A stretch of DNA of 64,000 nt from a virus. Its lineage: Duplodnaviria > Caudoviricetes. Made by a program: the position numbers and the translations under genes. The notes below the pieces were generated by a model. It did not search any database and was not told where the DNA came from. It worked only from the letters and a program-made list of their open reading frames with translations. Each line of letters opens with the position of its first letter. Positions within the stretch are counted from its first letter, which is position 1. Shown one piece after another: positions 10,021 through 19,126 of this stretch. The stretch spans positions 96,001 through 160,000 of the IMG/VR virus record IMGVR_UViG_3300011008_000004; one strand, given 5' to 3'.

Positions 10021-11160
10021 TCAAATCTTATCATCTATAAGAATTTCAGGAATAAGCTGAACTAAACCTTCACCACTATTTATCGCTAAAGCAGGGGTTG
10101 TACCATATGAAACATCTAACGTTTTAGAATTCATAGCTTTTAGTTGTTTCATTAAATCTGAAAATCTAATAATAGATTCATGTTCAAATGCATTTTCACT
10201 CGATATATAAGGAATTCTTTCAAAATTCTTATTCGTTATAGATACGAACTGGACTTCATTCTCCTTAAATACAAGTTTAGAATATAGCATTACTTCTATA
10301 CCAAACTTCTTATCGAAAACCATCAATCTTGCTAATGCTTTATCTACTGCTTTTTTATCTAATATAACATGTGTTACATGAGATACAGATGCTAATTTTC
10401 TTAATCTTATTGATGGATATGTGTCAGTTAATGCTTGACTTTGAATAACTAAAACTAAACTTATATTATTTGCCTTAAATTTAATTTTACTAGCATAATC
10501 ATAATTAGCTGATGAATCAATCATCAACTCAACTTCATCTATACTATTGAATACTTCTAATAGCTTTGCTTGTGTTACATTTAATAATATCTTAAAATCT
10601 TTATTTCCAAGTCTCTTAAATGTATTTACATATAAATTTTCAGTATAAGTTAAAGCACCTTCTTGATCCACATAAATAAATTGCTGAATTTCATTAGAAA
10701 ATACTGAATCTACGAAACCTTTAGTATTTATAGTCGCAACTGAAGACAGATCATTACCACTTAAAATGATATTATCTACTGTGTCTCTAAATTTAATAAC
10801 ATCTACGGATTTTACATCATCTAATTCCTTTATAATTGGAAATGTAAATTCACTGTTAGAAGTTTTAAATATTAAAGCGTTCATTCTCTCAAACATTTCA
10901 ACGTAGTCATCATCTAACTTTGCAACTAATGGGACAAAAGTATCAGATACTATAGTCGCATGAATTTTATCAGAATTATCACACTCAATTGGAATTACTG
11001 CTTCTAAATAATAATCATAGTTAGATACTTTTAATGTCATCGTATTATCTTCAAATGATTCTAATTCTATCCAACCAGACTTAGGATTTAACTTAGTTTT
11101 CTCTATAGCTAAATTCATTTTAGCTACTATATTTTTTAATTCTGTTATGTTAACTTTCAT
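10021..11160 (-). CDS. DNA polymerase III beta-like sliding clamp
   Basis: 379-aa size, N-terminus MKVNITELKNIV.., three-domain periodicity, located next to polA and a clamp loader. Confidence 0.65.
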   Translation of the reverse strand: MKVNITELKNIVAKMNLAIEKTKLNPKSGWIELESFEDNTMTLKVSNYDYYLEAVIPIECDNSDKIHATIVSDTFVPLVAKLDDDYVEMFERMNALIFKTSNSEFTFPIIKELDDVKSVDVIKFRDTVDNIILSGNDLSSVATINTKGFVDSVFSNEIQQFIYVDQEGALTYTENLYVNTFKRLGNKDFKILLNVTQAKLLEVFNSIDEVELMIDSSANYDYASKIKFKANNISLVLVIQSQALTDTYPSIRLRKLASVSHVTHVILDKKAVDKALARLMVFDKKFGIEVMLYSKLVFKENEVQFVSITNKNFERIPYISSENAFEHESIIRFSDLMKQLKAMNSKTLDVSYGTTPALAINSGEGLVQLIPEILIDDKI

Positions 11161-11179
11161 AATTATCTATACAAATTCC

Positions 11180-12055
11180 TTACACTTCGTCTCTTAATAG
11201 ATCATACGTTCCATCACAAAACTTATCTAAAATTTCATCACTAAATTCTTCATGTTCTGCTTTAACTTCTGCTATTGCTTGTTCTCTAGTTTTACCGTCT
11301 TTTTCAATAGCTGTTGAAATATACTCTTGAATTTCATTCAACATTTCATCCGCATACCATCTCTTTAAGATATATGGATCTGTAACAAATGGAACGTCGA
11401 CCTCAGGCTTAGCTGCATTAGACATTAAATAAGCCAATCTTTCAGAAACTTTTTCAGCGTTTTCTACAGGACATTCTCCTAATAATTCATCATGCACAGG
11501 AATTAGTAATTTATAACCAAGATCATTTATTTCTTTATCTTTAAAAATATTAACCATCGCTTTCTTAGTTAAAGATGCTGCACTTCCTTGAATTCTAGCA
11601 TTCGTACATTGTGTCATTGTTTTTGAAATAAATGCGCCATTATCTAAAACGTCAACTCCATTTTCTTTAGCTAATTCTTTAAACTTAGTTTTAGTCTTAA
11701 AACCTTTACCAGCATAGTTAGTATTATATTCATTAGTCCATCTAGCTGTAGCTTCTTTATCTTCAACTTCTAAAAATACATCTTTAGCTTGACAATCTAA
11801 AAACAGATCACAATTAGTACTCACTTTCTTTTTAGCTGTTACTTTAACTTCCGGTAAATTTGCATCAGGTAAGTGTCTACGTCTACCCATATAATCTTCA
11901 ACATAACCTTGTTCTTTAGCAGCTATAGCATTGCCATCTGTAAATTCTTTTATTTTAGGAAACTTTTCATAAAAATTTTTAAGTATTTCTTGGCATTCTT
12001 CATATGAAACCTTTAATTGTTGTGACATAAGATTAGCGCCCATGCCATACATAAT
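11180..12055 (-). CDS. polA: Family A DNA polymerase, final exon (motif B end and motif C)
   Basis: IMYGMG, GYVEDYMGRRRHLP, NARIQGSAA, PVHDELL. Confidence 0.9.
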   Translation of the reverse strand: MMYGMGANLMSQQLKVSYEECQEILKNFYEKFPKIKEFTDGNAIAAKEQGYVEDYMGRRRHLPDANLPEVKVTAKKKVSTNCDLFLDCQAKDVFLEVEDKEATARWTNEYNTNYAGKGFKTKTKFKELAKENGVDVLDNGAFISKTMTQCTNARIQGSAASLTKKAMVNIFKDKEINDLGYKLLIPVHDELLGECPVENAEKVSERLAYLMSNAAKPEVDVPFVTDPYILKRWYADEMLNEIQEYISTAIEKDGKTREQAIAEVKAEHEEFSDEILDKFCDGTYDLLRDEV

Positions 12056-12168
12056 CGTTTTATTTTAATATTTCTATTAAACCAGACTATCTCATAATCC
12101 TATATTTAGGATTTTACGCACTTCGATTAGTAACAATCTCTAATCTACACACATGTCTGTGTTAGTCG

Positions 12169-13005
12169 TTACACTTTATCTATGAATTTCCACTTAAAAC
12201 CATAAGCGTGTTTTGCTTTACCTTTACACACAGCTGATATAGCTTTAGCTGATGCTAAGCTAACAGCTATCTTATGTTCAACCAAATATTTAGAAGCCTA
12301 TGTCATAGATTTAAATGTCATTAAAATCTAATTATTTGATCTATCAATCATTGCAACTGATTTACTATTCTTATCTGAAATAATATCTCTAGTATGCTAA
12401 GAATGATGTTTATTAAAGAATGAATTGCGTTCACCCACACGTTGTGAAGCTAATATGCTTAACTTTTCATTCTTTACGCCACTATTCAATCTAGATCTAG
12501 ATCTATTAGTACACTTCTTTAATCCCTTATTAGGCGAAATTCTTCCTTTCAATTTGTTAGATATTTCTAAATTAGATTCATACTAATGATCTAAATTAGC
12601 CTAAAATTGTTTACTACATTCATATGCTTTCTAATATAATTCTAAATCAATATCATCTATATTAAAATCTTGTAAAGACTTACCATGTAATATATAGCGT
12701 ATAGATAAAATATTTTTAGATATATCATCATTAGATTTACTACATAATGCTAAAAAATAATGTGATTTTATATGATCTTTATATAATAAATTCACTAAAT
12801 TATTTTCAGAATTGTCTACATCTAAATTATTAGATATGAAATAATATTTGGGAATTATGTGATGCTAGTTATGTCTATAAGATTCATAATTAGTATCAAT
12901 GTTACTAATAATTAAATTTACATATTCATTTAAGTATTCATTATCAATAAATATATTAGTTTGCAATAATTTGTGTTTTAAGATATCAAAATTTATGTTA
13001 TTCAT
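12169..13005 (-). CDS. Intron-encoded HNH homing endonuclease with NUMOD-type DNA-binding repeats (278 aa, TAG=Gln)
   Basis: HN[TAG]HHIIPK...NLVNL..KDHIKSH; RNSFFNKHHS; C-terminal AVCKGKAKHAYGFKWKF. At least 7 in-frame TAGs; AGGAG RBS. Absent from the ORF track. Confidence 0.82.
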
Positions 13006-13018
13006 ACACTCTCCTGTA

Positions 13019-13027
13019 TAATTTAGC
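13019..13027 (-). promoter_or_regulatory. GCTAAATTA late-promoter-like motif inside the intron, upstream of the HNH gene
   Basis: GCTAAATTA-TAC-AGGAG-AGTGT-ATG. Confidence 0.7.
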
Positions 13028-13245
13028 TAGGTATTGTGTATGTTAACATACATAAATCTTAGCACGGTATTATCTGCTATCCAATCGCTGGACCGTAGAA
13101 TCTCTTACGAAGCTTATTCGCACAAAGTCTTAGTTCACTTCTACCGTTAGCAACTATCACTAGTTACACCTCTTTGTAATCAGAGTTCACGTAATTATTC
13201 GATACACATCACTGTGTAAAGGGGCATTATATAACCTTTCAGTCT

Positions 13246-13511
13246 ACCCAACATTAAAGTTTTACCCTTTTTTCTTAATTGTTTTCCTGCAAAGTTAGGA
13301 GAACCATCTTCCCAATGTTCCATACATTCCCAATAATCTTTATGGACTGCTGGTGCATATATAGTTGCATATGGGTCACGTTTCTCTTCAAATGTTCTTC
13401 TCAATTCTGGATCTTGAGAAAGATGAGTGAATAACCGTGGTTCTTGCGCTGACTTCAGGAAAAGTCTCCTCCCACAATTGAATAATTAATTCGTGTTCTT
13501 AGACTTCTCAT
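13246..13511 (-). CDS. polA: Family A DNA polymerase C-terminal subunit, first exon (motif A to motif B), interrupted by 8 extra nt at 13450-13457
   Basis: Strong RBS AAGGAGGTG, then MRSLRTRINYSIVGGDFS-TGA. In the -1/+2 frame it continues SAQEPRLFTHLSQD...RKKGKTLMLG. Confidence 0.8.
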
Positions 13512-13632
13512 TAGCATCACCTCCTTTAGTACCCTCTTGGCACCATCTAATATTTTAATATCTACAAAATGAATACTCACTTTATAGGTAATTCTACTAA
13601 ATTGTATATATTTTCTTATCTTTCTTTAAATT

Positions 13633-13794
13633 TTATACCTTTTGTTTATACGTAAGCAAAGCTTTTACAGATTCTTCATTATATCTATATTTACCATTTA
13701 TATTAGAATCTATTTTTATCAAACCTTGTTTTACATACTTATACAATGTAGGCTTGCTTATCTTCAACAAATTCATCACTTCTTTTGCTTTCAT
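13633..13794 (-). CDS. Small MerR/excisionase-type HTH protein (53 aa) between the polA halves
   Basis: MKAKEVMNLLKISKPTLYKYVKQGLIKIDSNINGKYRYNEESV; its ATG overlaps the polA-N TGA (ATGA). Confidence 0.7.
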   Translation of the reverse strand: MKAKEVMNLLKISKPTLYKYVKQGLIKIDSNINGKYRYNEESVKALLTYKQKV

Positions 13795-15347
13795 GCTACG
13801 TCCTCTAAGGTTAATTTTATTTTATTTTCTAAAACTTCTACTTTAGTTACCTTATAAAACTCATCATCACTTCCAGTGATAATATCATTTTCTTTTATAT
13901 CTTTTATTCTAACCCATTTATTGTTACACATTACATCTACATAATCATTTAAAATTATTTCATTAGAATCTTCTATATTCTCATCTTTATATTCCGTAGA
14001 TGCTTTAAACATCATTCTCATTGAAGTTTCATGTGAAGGAATCTGTTGTAGATTTGGATTAGTTGAACTAAATCTCCCTGTTCTTACGTTATTATCTTCT
14101 GCACCCATTTGATTAAAGTTAGCATGAAGTTTGCCATCTTTTTCAGAAATACAATTTGGAAGAGATTTAGTAAATGTTTTCATTAAAATACTAAAGTGTC
14201 TATAATCTAATAACGCTTTTGTAAATGGGTGATCTATCGCTTTTAACGCTGCTTTATCAGTAGACTTATTTTCATCTAATGGTTTTATCTTTAATATATC
14301 ATATAAAACTATTTTAAGTTGAACTGGACTTTCATAATTTATTGGATCATCTAATTGTCCTAATGATCTATAACTATCTAACTCTTTCTTATATGGGGCT
14401 AATATTTCATTCATCTTATTAGATGCTTTTTCTAAACCTTTAGTATACTTATCATCTAAACGTTTAACATAATCTACGTCAAGACAAATTCCATCATCTT
14501 CCATTTTAGATGTTACTAAAACTATTGGGACTTCTACTTCACTAAATAACTTGTATAATTTTTCACAGCCCTTCTGCTTAAATAACTCTTCTTGATATTG
14601 TTGTAATTTATAAGTATCAAAAGCATCAATAGCTGCATATAATGCAAATATTTCAGGATCGACCCAAGCATAAGGTAAACCAGTAAATAATTTTTCAATA
14701 TTGTATGAACCAATTGTAGGATCTATATGGGTTTTATATTGAAACTTCAATTTAGCTTGTTCATTTTCATTCATCATTTGAGCTGCTATCATTGTGTCCC
14801 ACCATATTGGAAGATATACACCCATAGTGTTAAAACAAACTCGTATATCAAATTTCCCATTATGATATATCATTTTAGTATTATTATCTTTTAATTTTTG
14901 AAATACTTCCTTTACGCACTCATCTGATACTTGATCTTTTAATCTTTCGTCTGTTCCAGGAACACAGTGATTCATTGGAACATATACTGGTTTTGTATTT
15001 GGAAGATACATACACAAACCCATTAACTTACAAGTTAGTGGATCCAAACTATTATTAGTTTCTGTATCGAATGACAAATAATCTACTGCAATGGCTCTAT
15101 CTATATACTCTCGTAATTCATCATCAGTCCTTATAACCTTAACAAAGTTTTTATATCTTCCTAAAATTTTATAAACTTCTTTTGAGATATAATCGAGTCT
15201 ATCTTCTAGTGGCATACTAGAGATAGACTCTTTCTTTTTAACAGCATGAGTTTTGCCAAGTTTTATAAGTTGAAGACGAATAGCGTCATTATTTATAACA
15301 GGAACTTCAAAATCATCTAGCAATGAAGCTTTTCTAAATTCCGCCAT
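13791..15347 (-). CDS. polA: Family A DNA polymerase N-terminal subunit (3'-5' exonuclease and thumb) with a Hint-like C-terminal tail
   Basis: FDTET, HNGKFD and YAAIDA exonuclease motifs; RTGRFSSTNPNLQQIP; ends before motif A. Confidence 0.9.
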   Translation of the reverse strand: MAEFRKASLLDDFEVPVINNDAIRLQLIKLGKTHAVKKKESISSMPLEDRLDYISKEVYKILGRYKNFVKVIRTDDELREYIDRAIAVDYLSFDTETNNSLDPLTCKLMGLCMYLPNTKPVYVPMNHCVPGTDERLKDQVSDECVKEVFQKLKDNNTKMIYHNGKFDIRVCFNTMGVYLPIWWDTMIAAQMMNENEQAKLKFQYKTHIDPTIGSYNIEKLFTGLPYAWVDPEIFALYAAIDAFDTYKLQQYQEELFKQKGCEKLYKLFSEVEVPIVLVTSKMEDDGICLDVDYVKRLDDKYTKGLEKASNKMNEILAPYKKELDSYRSLGQLDDPINYESPVQLKIVLYDILKIKPLDENKSTDKAALKAIDHPFTKALLDYRHFSILMKTFTKSLPNCISEKDGKLHANFNQMGAEDNNVRTGRFSSTNPNLQQIPSHETSMRMMFKASTEYKDENIEDSNEIILNDYVDVMCNNKWVRIKDIKENDIITGSDDEFYKVTKVEVLENKIKLTLEDVA

Positions 15348-15365
15348 ATTGTCTCCTTATATCTA

Positions 15366-16076
15366 TTAAACTTTTCTTGGTTTTATACAAGCATCCATAA
15401 ATGGATCGTCATCATCTACTATTGTAGATTTAACTTCTTCTTTTGGTTGCTCTTCTTGTTTAATAGTTTCTACAAAATCAGAATGACTCGTATTAGCTTT
15501 TACATCATCTTTATTAGATTCTTTTTCAGCCTGTTTCTTTTTTAAGTATTCTTCTTTAGGAATGTAGTTTGAAACATGCTTTGGCATTTCACCAGTCTTT
15601 AAAAACTGTTTAAGCTCATCTACACTTCTTGTAAGATAGAATCTATAAGCTAACTTGTTGTCTATTAAAGATTCGTCTACAGGTGCATAATTTTTAGCAT
15701 TCAAGATATCAACACTATACTTAGGAAACTCTTTACCTTTACGTGTAATTCTAACAACACATTCACTAATATTTCCCCAATCTTTTTCAATTTCTGAAAA
15801 TTGAGTAAGAATCTTATCAGTTCTACACCAAATCTTTTCTTTCTCATCAGCATAATCAAAAAGATGTACGAATATCTTTTTAGCGGGTTGTTTCTCATCA
15901 CTACATATGGGACATCCATCACCTGCACACTTAACCATTTTAGGTTTGCCATTAACTTCTACTTTATGAATCATTACTGATTCAATTGTTTCAACTTTAC
16001 TATGTAATACTCTTACAATAGCTGAATCACCATCGTTGTTTAAGTTGAAAAATTCAATTTGTCTATTCTCTTCCAT
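15366..16076 (-). CDS. Single-stranded DNA-binding protein (gp32-like)
   Basis: FFNLNNDGDSAIVR, C-x4-CPIC zinc motif, acidic C-terminus DDDDPF; lies between primase and polymerase. Confidence 0.7.
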   Translation of the reverse strand: MEENRQIEFFNLNNDGDSAIVRVLHSKVETIESVMIHKVEVNGKPKMVKCAGDGCPICSDEKQPAKKIFVHLFDYADEKEKIWCRTDKILTQFSEIEKDWGNISECVVRITRKGKEFPKYSVDILNAKNYAPVDESLIDNKLAYRFYLTRSVDELKQFLKTGEMPKHVSNYIPKEEYLKKKQAEKESNKDDVKANTSHSDFVETIKQEEQPKEEVKSTIVDDDDPFMDACIKPRKV

Positions 16077-16129
16077 AAATCTCCCTGTGACCTTATGTAT
16101 GTGTCACTCATAATAATATATAAAATCGC

Positions 16130-17107
16130 TTACATGATTTCTCTTTCAGAATAAATTTTTTCAAACTCATGCTGTTCAAGATCATTTATATCCTTTCCTT
16201 TAGGTACTCTCATACAAGTAACGATTTTTCCATGTAAATTTTTCGCTATGTTATATAAACCATGTCTTCCGGCAGTATCATTATCTAAAGCTAAAATTAT
16301 CTCTCTTTGTGGTAACTTATCTAATAATTCTATTTGATAGTCGCTACCAGTACCAAATAATGCTATCGCTTCTTTCCCATATACATAACATGTTAATGCA
16401 TTTATAACACTTTCACAAACTATAACTTCATTAGTTGTTAAATAATCTAAACCATAAATTGGTTTTGGATATATTTCTGGCATATCGAATCTTTTATAGT
16501 TTACATTTCTTCTTGCCACAAATAAACATTTGCCATCTACCCAAACTGGAAATGTTAAAGATTTAGTTTTTGGATCATAACCTACATCGAATTTATTTAT
16601 AATATCATCTGTAAGTTTACGTTTAAACATATATGGGTGTATAAAATCATATGACTTTAATTCATCCAATGTTACAGTAGGTAATGTATTATAATTATTC
16701 TCATATTTTTCATGTTTTTCTAAATCTGTTATTTCTCGCTTTTCTTCTATGAAATCATAATTAGATACATTCAATATCCACTCAGTCGCATCTCTATATG
16801 ATATATTTAAACAATCTGATACAAATTTAACAAAACCTGCTTTATATCCACATGCAAAACAATGAACTGTCCCTGCCGGAATCGCTTCTCCATTTCTAAT
16901 TTTATCTATCAATAAAATATCACAAGATGGCGTGTTTTCGTGGCCATCTGCGTGTATTGGACAAGTTATTCTCGCATTGTTATTATTAGAATAATCTATA
17001 ATATTTAGTTTATCAATATGAGACACGTACAACTGTTGTCTTAACATTTCCAATAAATCTCTTATAGGTGTTTGTATCTCTTTATTGTTATCAACTATTA
17101 ATGGCAT
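16130..17107 (-). CDS. dnaG: DNA primase
   Basis: CPIH...HCFAC zinc finger; TOPRIM motifs VCES, LALDNDTAG, KDIND. Confidence 0.9.
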   Translation of the reverse strand: MPLIVDNNKEIQTPIRDLLEMLRQQLYVSHIDKLNIIDYSNNNNARITCPIHADGHENTPSCDILLIDKIRNGEAIPAGTVHCFACGYKAGFVKFVSDCLNISYRDATEWILNVSNYDFIEEKREITDLEKHEKYENNYNTLPTVTLDELKSYDFIHPYMFKRKLTDDIINKFDVGYDPKTKSLTFPVWVDGKCLFVARRNVNYKRFDMPEIYPKPIYGLDYLTTNEVIVCESVINALTCYVYGKEAIALFGTGSDYQIELLDKLPQREIILALDNDTAGRHGLYNIAKNLHGKIVTCMRVPKGKDINDLEQHEFEKIYSEREIM

Positions 17108-17116
17108 ATAACCTCA

Positions 17117-18424
17117 TCAAAATACTGAATCTGATTTTTGAGTATCATTATATTGTTGCGGCAGTGTCTGTGAAGCTGCACCTTTTAATGCGTCTGTTTC
17201 ACTTGGAATATAATGTAAAATACCATTATTCAAATCACAGTAATACGTTAATTTATCTCCAGAACGTGAACCTCTACTCTTACCTAATGTTAAAATATAA
17301 TTATCACCTTTTCTTTCAACAAATAAAACAATTGTAGAATCTTGGCCTATTCTATCACTTTCTGAAATGTTCTTTGTAGATGGCCCACCACTTTCTGTAG
17401 TATCTTCACGATTCAATTGAACTGCTGATAAAATTGGAATTTTCTTCAATCTTTGTAAAGTTCTTAAATCTTTAGAAATATTTATCATCTGTTCTCTTGG
17501 ATTTTTTGCATGCTTTTCATCATTTAATAATGAAAATTGGTCTACACACAGCATTTCTAAATCATACTTCTCTATAAAAGCTCTAAGTTTACTTACAGTT
17601 ACATTACCATCAAACATATCAGGTGTTATACAATAGATATGTCCTGAAACTACTTTATTTAATGACTCAATATATGATTCATATTTATCTTTTATATATT
17701 CATTTCCGTGATTTAATGCACCATTTGGAATATTTCCTAAAAATGTGTCCATACGATAACCAACTAAATCAACTTCCATCTCGCCAGAATAATAACCAAC
17801 TCTTAAACCTTGTTTAGCTGCTTGCAATGCGAAATATATTAACCACCAAGATTTACCTATACCCGTTCTTGCAGCTATAACAGCTGATTCATTCTTTCTA
17901 TCCCAACCGCCAATTATCTGATCTAATTCAGTTAAACCTGTTAAAGTAAATGAACCAACTGGATCTGCACATCTCTCTTCAAAACTTTCATATCTAAGTT
18001 TTGCATCGTCTATTAAATCTATTGCTTTTGTATTTTTAGATTTTAAGTGACTTTGACTTAATGTAGCCATCTTTTCAATAGCTTTGTCAGTTTGTTCATT
18101 TTTAATTAGTTCACCTAATTCTTTATACTCAACAATAATATCTCTGTATAACTTCGCTTCACTTAACTTAGATAATAAATAATCATCTGGATCAGTTATA
18201 GTTATCCATTCAAAATTATCACTAAACTTTCCTTGAAAAGTTTCTTTTGAAGGCATTTGATTATAACTTTGATAATACTGAGATATAAATTCAAAATGAT
18301 CTTTATATGTAGTGAAATAATCAGATGTTATTCCATTTAATATTATAAATTGCATCGAGTTATCTTGAAATAATTTATTGATAACTTGCAACTCAGTCAT
18401 TGCTTGATAAACACCATTTGCCAT
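17117..18424 (-). CDS. dnaB: Replicative DnaB-family helicase
   Basis: ARTGIGKS, YSGEM, VDQF, QLNR, SDRIGQD motifs. Confidence 0.92.
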   Translation of the reverse strand: MANGVYQAMTELQVINKLFQDNSMQFIILNGITSDYFTTYKDHFEFISQYYQSYNQMPSKETFQGKFSDNFEWITITDPDDYLLSKLSEAKLYRDIIVEYKELGELIKNEQTDKAIEKMATLSQSHLKSKNTKAIDLIDDAKLRYESFEERCADPVGSFTLTGLTELDQIIGGWDRKNESAVIAARTGIGKSWWLIYFALQAAKQGLRVGYYSGEMEVDLVGYRMDTFLGNIPNGALNHGNEYIKDKYESYIESLNKVVSGHIYCITPDMFDGNVTVSKLRAFIEKYDLEMLCVDQFSLLNDEKHAKNPREQMINISKDLRTLQRLKKIPILSAVQLNREDTTESGGPSTKNISESDRIGQDSTIVLFVERKGDNYILTLGKSRGSRSGDKLTYYCDLNNGILHYIPSETDALKGAASQTLPQQYNDTQKSDSVF

Positions 18425-18427
18425 AAA

Positions 18428-19126
18428 TTACACACCTTCTGCATTACGTTTATCAGAACCTTTAAACTCAATTGTAATTGACTGTCCTATAATTCTACTA
18501 CTTAATCTAGTTCCAAGTTTCTGTTCTATCGTTTGTAAATTATAATTAGTTGAATACATTGTAGATTTACCTATAGCTAATCTTTGACTTATAACATTCA
18601 ACATATAATCTTGTTCAAATGGAGTCCAATCTTTATAGTTTATTTCATCAAATATAACTAAATCTGCACTTATAATATTTTCATCAACATATTTAAAATA
18701 TGCATTTTCTTTAGAAATATTTGCTTTCATTGCACTAATAAATTTAGGCATAGACACAAATAAGCCTCTACATTCAATATCTGTAAAAGGCCAAATACTA
18801 TCAAAATAAGCTAATAACTCTTTCTTAAGCCATTCAGTTTTACCATTACCAGTATTTTCACTATAAATAAGTAAATTTTTACCTGACTCTACGAAATTCT
18901 TTATATCACTTTTAATATTCTTTAATTTTGTAAACGCTTCATAATCAACTGCATCAGGCTTCAAAGGAATTGGATATTTTTGCTTTCCTTCTAAAGTTGC
19001 CATATGCGTTAAAGCGTCTATTTTATAATGTCTAATGCAAAATTCATTGCCACATTTACTATGATCACAAATTGCTTTATACCAACATTGTTCTTTAGTA
19101 TTTATATCATATTCAAAATCTTTCAT
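18428..19126 (-). CDS. DnaC/IstB-like helicase-loader ATPase
   Basis: NTGNGKT Walker A, LVIFDE Walker B, STN, RLSSRI, GSDKR. Confidence 0.8.
   Translation of the reverse strand: MKDFEYDINTKEQCWYKAICDHSKCGNEFCIRHYKIDALTHMATLEGKQKYPIPLKPDAVDYEAFTKLKNIKSDIKNFVESGKNLLIYSENTGNGKTEWLKKELLAYFDSIWPFTDIECRGLFVSMPKFISAMKANISKENAYFKYVDENIISADLVIFDEINYKDWTPFEQDYMLNVISQRLAIGKSTMYSTNYNLQTIEQKLGTRLSSRIIGQSITIEFKGSDKRNAEGV

Larger units (their letters stand above)
12056..13245 (-). ncRNA. Group I self-splicing intron in polA motif B (1190 nt)
   Basis: The 5' exon ends in U (TTG GGT|) and the intron ends in G (AAAACG|ATT ATG TAT). IGS AUAAUGCCC pairs with the 5' exon GGGU (P1, U.G) and the 3' exon AUUAU (P10). 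P7 strands GACTA/TAGTC are present. Splicing restores KGKTLMLG|IMYGMG. Confidence 0.9.

Noticed and set aside
13195-13404. ORF-track 69-aa protein
   Set aside because: It is the middle of a polA exon running into intron sequence after LMLG, not an independent gene.
13512-13794. IS607-family insertion sequence
   Set aside because: Only an HTH-sized ORF; no serine-recombinase domain, TnpB or element ends.
13791-14000. Canonical splicing-competent split intein
   Set aside because: No clear N-terminal Cys, block B TxxH or C-terminal HN-C/S/T; kept only as a degenerate Hint-like hypothesis.
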